Positions 18,852 through 24,000 of a stretch of 24,000 bases of DNA are shown here, in pieces. The DNA comes from Bryobacteraceae bacterium. Lineage in GTDB: Bacteria; Acidobacteriota; Terriglobia; Bryobacterales; Bryobacteraceae. Below the pieces are notes generated by a model. That model had not been told where the DNA came from. It did no database searches and saw only the letters and a program-made list of their open reading frames with translations. The position numbers and the translations under genes are program-made. How positions within the stretch are numbered: position 1 is the first letter of the stretch; every line of letters starts with the position of its first letter. The stretch lies in contig BPGE01000001.1 of assembly GCA_026002875.1 (NCBI GenBank), forward strand, positions 4,721,561-4,745,560, given 5' to 3'.

Positions 18852-19074
18852 GATTTTTCCTGTGCGCGCTCGCGGGGAAGACGGACGTGTCGCGCCGCGC
18901 GCTTCCCTTGGCCGCCACGGCGGCCGGCGGCGCTTCTTCAGGCGTCCTGCGAAGCAAGCCGCCCGCTGCCATTGCCGCACGTTTCCTTCCCGTGCTATGC
19001 TTATATTGCCTCGTGGACTGCGCTTCCTTCAAAGAATCAGTCCCAAACCCCGACGGAGCTAGCTTCCCATCTCA

Positions 19075-19488
19075 ATGAGTTCAACCGTTTTTCTCGGTAA
19101 TCTTCCGCCCTGGGTCACCGCCGACGACATCAAGGCGTGGCTTGAGGCGGAAAACCTGGTGGCCGATTCAGTCAAAGTCATCCGAAACCCGGAGACGCAG
19201 GAGTCCAAGGGCTTCGCCTTCATCGAAGCGCCGAACGAAGAAGAGATGCGCGCCATCATCAAGCGCTTCGACCGCGCTCCTCTGGAAGACCGCCTGCTGC
19301 GCGCCAATCAGGCGCAGCCGCCCAAGGCGAAAGGCGCGCGTCCCGCCGCCCCGCGCTCCCAGCAGAGCCAGGGCGCTGCCGGTGCGCAGGCTTCTCAGGA
19401 GCCCCGCCGGTCGCGCGGCGGCAAGAAGCACCGCAAGCCCAGCGGTCCGCCCAGCGCCTTCGCCGAAGAGCTCGCCAAGGCTCTTTGA
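19075..19488 (+). CDS. RRM-domain RNA-binding protein with basic low-complexity tail
   Basis: 137 aa with RNP2-like VFLGNL and RNP1-like KGFAFIEA spaced as in RRMs. The C-terminal 55 aa are Q/A/P/R/K-rich. Confidence 0.8.
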   Translation: MSSTVFLGNLPPWVTADDIKAWLEAENLVADSVKVIRNPETQESKGFAFIEAPNEEEMRAIIKRFDRAPLEDRLLRANQAQPPKAKGARPAAPRSQQSQGAAGAQASQEPRRSRGGKKHRKPSGPPSAFAEELAKAL

Positions 19489-19501
19489 TCCGTCTCTGCC
19501 T

Positions 19502-19529
19502 CAGCCCGGCCCCTTGACGGGGCCGGCTG
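19502..19529 (+). terminator. Stable GC hairpin after the RRM gene (possible terminator, no U-tract)
   Basis: CAGCCCGGCCCC-TTGA-CGGGGCCGGCTG, an 8-bp GC stem extended by 3 bp across one bulge, 14 nt after the stop. It lacks a trailing U-run. Confidence 0.3.
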
Positions 19530-19619
19530 TCGAGGCGCATCCTGCTCCGCCTTCCCTCCCGCCCCCCAGCCCTGCTATCGTGAGAGTTTCTCACTCTGGC
19601 CAAAGGAGCGTTTGCAGTC

Positions 19620-20639
19620 ATGCGAGTCGTTGCGGGAGTCGATCTCGGCGGCAATGCCGTCAACTACACCTTCCTCGCTGCGGATGAGAAGTTTCTCATC
19701 GAGTCCCTGTGCGAGTACCCGTCCCGTTCGAAGGAAGGACCCGCAGTCTGTCTGCAGCAGATCATCGACGGACTGCAGGTCGCTCTCCGGCAGGCCGGTA
19801 TCGCGATGGAGGACGTCGCGGTGGTGGGGCTCGACACGCCCGGGCCGGCCAGCGCCGACGGGGTTCTGAGCGCGCGCGGCTCGACGAATTTCGTCCATCC
19901 GGATTGGGCTGGTTTCGATATCCGGGCTGGGCTCGAGGCCAGGGTTGGCCGCCCCGTCATTTACCTCAACGATGGCAACGCCGGCGCTCTCTGGGGTCAC
20001 TTCAACCTCTTCGGCAGCCACTCCTCCGCCACGTCCGTCTCCGCCATCATCGGCACCGGGCTCGGAGGTGGCGTCATTGTCGGCCAGACGGTCATCAAGG
20101 GCCGCAAGGGTTTCGGCGGCGAGCTCGGCCATGTTCTCATCCCCTACCAGAGCATCCCGTTCCTCGAGGGCATCCGGCCCCGCTGCAATTGCGGACGCAC
20201 GGGCGATCTCGAGTCGCTCTGTTCGCTCACTGCCATCGAGGTCAACTACCTGCCGTATTTCCAGTCCCGCTATCCCGATCACGAGCTGTACCGCATGGGC
20301 GACCTGCACAAGGCCGCCAAGCTCGTCAGGGGCATGGCCGAAAAAGGCGATCCTCTCTGCCGCGAGATCTTCCGGGGCCAGGCCCACGCCCTCGGACTCT
20401 TCTTCGACGAGATGGTGAACACATTCGATCCCGACGCCCTGATCGTCGGCGGCGGCGCCATCGAAACGGGGCCGGAGTTCCAGCAGTGGTTCCTTCAGGA
20501 AATCCGCGCCGGCATGCCCGAGCAGCGCGAGGAACAGGCCGACATCCCCATCCGCATCATGCCCAACGGCGATACCGCCGGCGCCCGCGGCGCCGCCATC
20601 GAGGCTCTTCGCATCGCCCGCGAACAAGGGTTGCTCTGA
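19620..20639 (+). CDS. ROK-family sugar kinase (glucokinase/N-acetylglucosamine kinase-like)
   Basis: 339 aa. It has an N-terminal ATPase motif (AGVDLGGN), NDGNAGALWG, GTGLGGGVIVG, GELGH and the ROK zinc motif (CNCGRTGDLESLCS). AAGGAG lies 10 nt upstream of the ATG. Confidence 0.85.
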   Translation: MRVVAGVDLGGNAVNYTFLAADEKFLIESLCEYPSRSKEGPAVCLQQIIDGLQVALRQAGIAMEDVAVVGLDTPGPASADGVLSARGSTNFVHPDWAGFDIRAGLEARVGRPVIYLNDGNAGALWGHFNLFGSHSSATSVSAIIGTGLGGGVIVGQTVIKGRKGFGGELGHVLIPYQSIPFLEGIRPRCNCGRTGDLESLCSLTAIEVNYLPYFQSRYPDHELYRMGDLHKAAKLVRGMAEKGDPLCREIFRGQAHALGLFFDEMVNTFDPDALIVGGGAIETGPEFQQWFLQEIRAGMPEQREEQADIPIRIMPNGDTAGARGAAIEALRIAREQGLL

Positions 20640-20689
20640 CAGGCCGGTAACCATCCGCCCGCCCGCTGCGCTATTCTGCAAAGACGGAG

Positions 20690-21277
20690 ATGACTGCCAT
20701 GCCCGCCACCCGCCCTCTGCTGCGTCTCGTTGCCGCGGCTCTTCTGGTTCTGCTGTCCGCCGCCGCACAGACCCCCGCCGCGAAACGCGCCCCTGACGTG
20801 CCCTACGTCCCCACGACGGAGCCAGCCGTCGAAGCCATGCTGGAATTGGCCAAGGTCACCAAAAACGATGTCGTGTATGACCTCGGCTGCGGCGACGGCC
20901 GCATTGTCATCACCGCAGCCAAAAAGTACGGCGCCCGCGGCGTCGGCATCGACATCAACCCCGAGCGCATCGCCGAGGCTCGCGCCAACGCGAAAAAAGC
21001 GGGCGTCGAGCACCTCGTCAAGTTCATCGAGCAGGATCTCTTCGAGGCGGACATCCGCGAGGCTTCTGTCGTCACGCTCTTCCTGCTTTCCAGCGTCAAC
21101 CTCAAGCTCCGCCCCAAGCTGTTGGCCGAGCTCAAGCCCGGCACGCGCGTCGTCTCCAACACCTTCGACATGGGCGACTGGAAGCCCGACAAGGAATTCA
21201 CGCTCGACAACGGGGAGGACTCCTACCTGAGCCACAAGTTCTACCTGTGGATCATCCCCGCGCGGACCACAAAGTAA
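20690..21277 (+). CDS. Class I SAM-dependent methyltransferase with N-terminal signal/anchor sequence
   Basis: 195 aa with a hydrophobic leader (RPLLRLVAAALLVLLSAAAQTPAA), then VPYVPT, motif I (VYDLGCGDGRIV) and an acidic motif II (GIDINP). GGAG (20686-20689) abuts the first ATG, so the ATG at 20699 may be the true start. Confidence 0.8.
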   Translation: MTAMPATRPLLRLVAAALLVLLSAAAQTPAAKRAPDVPYVPTTEPAVEAMLELAKVTKNDVVYDLGCGDGRIVITAAKKYGARGVGIDINPERIAEARANAKKAGVEHLVKFIEQDLFEADIREASVVTLFLLSSVNLKLRPKLLAELKPGTRVVSNTFDMGDWKPDKEFTLDNGEDSYLSHKFYLWIIPARTTK

Positions 21278-21304
21278 AAACCGCCAACTTCACAGAGGCG
21301 GCTT
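21276..21304 (-). terminator. Weak intrinsic terminator for the convergent large minus-strand gene
   Basis: The minus strand reads AGCCGCC-tctgtgaagt-tGGCGGTT, followed by TTTAC. The short stem (5 GC pairs plus 2 weak) and T-run lie 7 nt after the stop at 21311. Confidence 0.35.
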
Positions 21305-21310
21305 CCAGCC

Positions 21311-24000
21311 TCAGGGGACCGTAAAGCGTCCCGACGCCCTGCCCGTCCCGCACGTCACCCGGTAAGAGTAAGTGCCGGGCGTCAGCGGCGCGAGCACGAT
21401 TCTCCGTGTCCTCGGTCCGCCCCGGTCGAGTTCGTCTCCCGCATCATCAGGGCTGGGGAAAGTCGTCGCCGTCACCGCGTACCGGCATGCCGCCAGGGTC
21501 GGCGCGTTGTAGTGGATCTCCGCCCGCCCGGGAGCCACCAGCACTCTCAGGTTGTACGGCTCCACGCGTGGCGCCAGAGCGTACCTTTGATCGTTCGCCC
21601 GCAGCTCCGCGCCAGTGCCCATCCCCACGGCTCTCTGATGCGCCTCCAGACCCGAACCCAACGACCCGTTCACGTCGTGGTACGTTGCCAGGGCATTCAC
21701 CCACAGGTTGCTGTAAGTATGTCCAGCCAGCGCCTCCGGCATCACGCGCCATTCGCCGTTCACCGTGCTGGCTGTCGTATGCGGAGCGGCAACCGTCCCC
21801 CAATACCCGCGCCCGCCGGGACAGACCGTGTACGTTGTCGTGTTCGTGCCGCTCGTCCGCCCGCATGTGCGGATGTACTCGTCATCGATCTTCCACACCG
21901 CGCCGCCGCTTCCAGCCACATTGATGCAGCCGGCGGTCGCTGCCCGGCAGTTGATCGTGAAGCTCATGGCGGTGGCCGAAATGTCCTGGGTCAGCGCCAC
22001 CGGCGGATTCTTTGCGGCGATGAACCGCTCCCATGTCGTGATCAGCCCGGCTCTGTCCTGCATCGGCACTCCGTAATCGCCGAAATACAGGATTGGCTTG
22101 CGCGGGTGCAGCATCCCGTCCGTATAGAATTTCCCGAACTGACGCGCCGCGCTTTCAAAGGCCGGCCTTCCATTGATCTTCAACGCGCCAGTCTGCCGGA
22201 ACCAGCCGATATGCATCGCCAGATAGCTGACCTGCCACGGCGCTGTCGACGTGATGCCCGCTCCGGCGTTTGCGTTGTAAGCAGTCGATCCGACGCCGAT
22301 CATTCCCAGCGGATTCTCCGGCCAGCGGAGCAGAGCGTATCCCTGACACCACTTCGTCGCTGCATCGCCCAGTGTCCCTGACAGCGTCAGCGTGTCGGAT
22401 GCCGAGAGGGGCGGCGCCTGCGGATCCTGTGTGATCCAGCGCGTCCCGGGCAGCCAGTACCAGTCCTTTCCAGTATCGACCCCATATATCCCAAACGTTT
22501 TCGTGACCCCGTTCACGGCGATGTTCGTGACGGTCCGCAGGCCGCGGACCAGATTGGAAGTGATATAGAAGGTCTTCCGCTCTCCATTGGGTCCGCCAAC
22601 GGTGGACGTGTTCGTCCACGTCATGTTCACCGTTTCAATCGCCGGGCCGGTCGTGCAGTTGCTTTGAACCTGGTCCGGGTACGTTCCGTCGCGGATGTTG
22701 AACAGCCCCTCGTAGGCCGCATCATTGTTCTTGAGGATGGAGGCGAAATACTCGCGCTCCGGTGATTCCGGGCTCAGCAGATAAGCCCACATCACTTCTT
22801 TCATCATCCGCGCCGGCCCGCGTGGATTGGCGCCGTCGTAAAAGATCCCCCAGCCGTTGTGACGCGCGTAACCCGGATTGTCCCACCCGATCCAGAGCGC
22901 AGCCGCCTGCTGCATCGACATCAGATAGGTCCATCGGCCTGTCAGGACGTAAGGAACCGAAAACAGCGACGGCCAGTGCGCCCCGTCCGGCAGCCAGATG
23001 TGCGTCCGCGCCGGACACCCCGAACAGACGTACTGCGCCGGATACGGCCCCGAGTTGTCGTACTGTCCGAACCGTCCGTCCGGATGGGCTGCGATCGACT
23101 TGATCTGCCCGAACGACGGCGTCGCCTGGTCCTCAGGCCAGTTGAAGTAGTTCCTGTAATCCGGCGTCATTCCGGTCAGGCTCTCCCGGTAATGAATCGG
23201 AATCGTGACCGCAGCGTCCCCCGACCCTACGATCAGCCTCTCGAACGCCTGCAGCCGCTGCGTCACGCTGAACCGGCTGTCCCCCATCGCATACAGGTAA
23301 GCGATCTGCCATCGCGGAATGATGCCGAAGTTCGGGTGATCCCCTGTTCCGGGCATGTCGGTCTTGATGTAGGCGCAGGGGTTCTGCGTCGTGCAGCTTC
23401 GCGGGTCCGGACGGTTGAAGTCGTCCGTGCCCACGTTCGCCGGCCATTGGTTGAGGTACGTCGTAATGATCGACGTGTTGATCTGAATGTTCAGGTCGTA
23501 TGGCGGCAGGATCCGCGTCGCAACCAGATACGGAAAGTTCCGGTCTACCAGGACAGCCCCGGGCTCCGCGCCGCTCCATCCGTAATACGATGAAGCCGCC
23601 TTTGATTCCAGGTCGTAGTTCGTCTTGGCGTAGATCGGCGCCGCCGGGTTGCCCGCCAGAAATTCCAGCTTGAGCTTCAGCGTTTGCAGCTTGCGCCACC
23701 ACGAATTCTCTACCCGGAACCCGGTTTCCACCCCATTCCATCCCGGGTAAAACGACAGCTCGAACATCGGATGCACGCTCCGGAACCGGTCATCCGTCGG
23801 CGCCTGCCAGTTCGTGCCGTCCCACTGCCACCCGAAATCGTAGTCGAAGCCGTTCTTGCGCACGATCACCCGCGTCACCACCGGTCCCCGCAGCCAGTAC
23901 CGCCAGTCCCCGTTCCCGATCATCGTCCTGGCGTCCGCCGTGTATTCAATCGAATTCGCCGTCCCCCGGATCTGTGCGTTCCAGTTGCCGCCCAGAAAGT
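21311..24000 (-). CDS. Large secreted protein of unknown function, N-terminus outside window (possibly carbohydrate-active; C-terminal Ig/FN3-like module)
   Basis: The reading frame stays open from 21311 to the window edge. Codons upstream of the track's ATG at 23923 read ...FLGGNWNAQIRGTANSIEYTADART with no stop. It shows strong third-position G/C bias and is Trp/Tyr/Asn/Gly-rich like secreted glycan enzymes. It carries paired cysteines (CTTQNPC, CSGCP). The C-terminal beta-rich tail reads YNLRVLVAPGRAEIHYNAP...YSYRVTCGTGRASGRFTVP. I recognised no family motif. Confidence 0.7.
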   Translation of the reverse strand, partial: FLGGNWNAQIRGTANSIEYTADARTMIGNGDWRYWLRGPVVTRVIVRKNGFDYDFGWQWDGTNWQAPTDDRFRSVHPMFELSFYPGWNGVETGFRVENSWWRKLQTLKLKLEFLAGNPAAPIYAKTNYDLESKAASSYYGWSGAEPGAVLVDRNFPYLVATRILPPYDLNIQINTSIITTYLNQWPANVGTDDFNRPDPRSCTTQNPCAYIKTDMPGTGDHPNFGIIPRWQIAYLYAMGDSRFSVTQRLQAFERLIVGSGDAAVTIPIHYRESLTGMTPDYRNYFNWPEDQATPSFGQIKSIAAHPDGRFGQYDNSGPYPAQYVCSGCPARTHIWLPDGAHWPSLFSVPYVLTGRWTYLMSMQQAAALWIGWDNPGYARHNGWGIFYDGANPRGPARMMKEVMWAYLLSPESPEREYFASILKNNDAAYEGLFNIRDGTYPDQVQSNCTTGPAIETVNMTWTNTSTVGGPNGERKTFYITSNLVRGLRTVTNIAVNGVTKTFGIYGVDTGKDWYWLPGTRWITQDPQAPPLSASDTLTLSGTLGDAATKWCQGYALLRWPENPLGMIGVGSTAYNANAGAGITSTAPWQVSYLAMHIGWFRQTGALKINGRPAFESAARQFGKFYTDGMLHPRKPILYFGDYGVPMQDRAGLITTWERFIAAKNPPVALTQDISATAMSFTINCRAATAGCINVAGSGGAVWKIDDEYIRTCGRTSGTNTTTYTVCPGGRGYWGTVAAPHTTASTVNGEWRVMPEALAGHTYSNLWVNALATYHDVNGSLGSGLEAHQRAVGMGTGAELRANDQRYALAPRVEPYNLRVLVAPGRAEIHYNAPTLAACRYAVTATTFPSPDDAGDELDRGGPRTRRIVLAPLTPGTYSYRVTCGTGRASGRFTVP

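Noticed and set aside
19575-20768. 397-aa minus ORF and 313-aa plus ORF (19709-20650) overlapping the ROK kinase gene
   Set aside because: Shadow/off-frame ORFs. Only the 19620-20639 frame shows ROK motifs and has a good ribosome-binding site.

Overview
High-GC bacterial chromosomal segment. The protein styles (CarboxypepD_reg-type TonB receptor, malectin-domain regulator, TPR proteins) look acidobacterial (Solibacter/Bryobacter-like); this is inferred from gene content only. I saw no tRNA, rRNA, CRISPR array, IS element or phage genes. Layout: (a) 1-7738, a glycan-utilisation-like cluster. On the minus strand it has a TonB-dependent receptor, a Tat-leader enolase-superfamily dehydratase and a GH10 xylanase. 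It is divergent from a membrane-anchored winged-helix regulator with two malectin-like domains. (b) 7739-9256, a 1.5 kb stretch with no credible ORF. It contains a near-consensus minus-strand promoter, a helix pairing the predicted 5' end with a site about 585 nt downstream, and a long GNRA-capped terminator hairpin. Together these define an ORF-less unit of about 0.66 kb, a candidate unclassified structured RNA. (c) 9257-21277, mostly housekeeping genes: DUF2905, queG plus a TPR gene, Hsp20, metK, tig, kdsD-like, an RRM protein, a ROK kinase and a leader-bearing methyltransferase. This block also holds a monocistronic 700-aa radical SAM gene whose architecture matches what I recall of the Tes/GDGT-MAS tetraether-lipid synthase family. 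(d) 21311-24000, a large Cys-containing secreted protein of unknown function that runs off the window. The very long antisense ORFs in the track (1126, 683 and 861 aa) are GC-rich shadow ORFs. All functional calls rest on motif recognition by eye; no searches were run.
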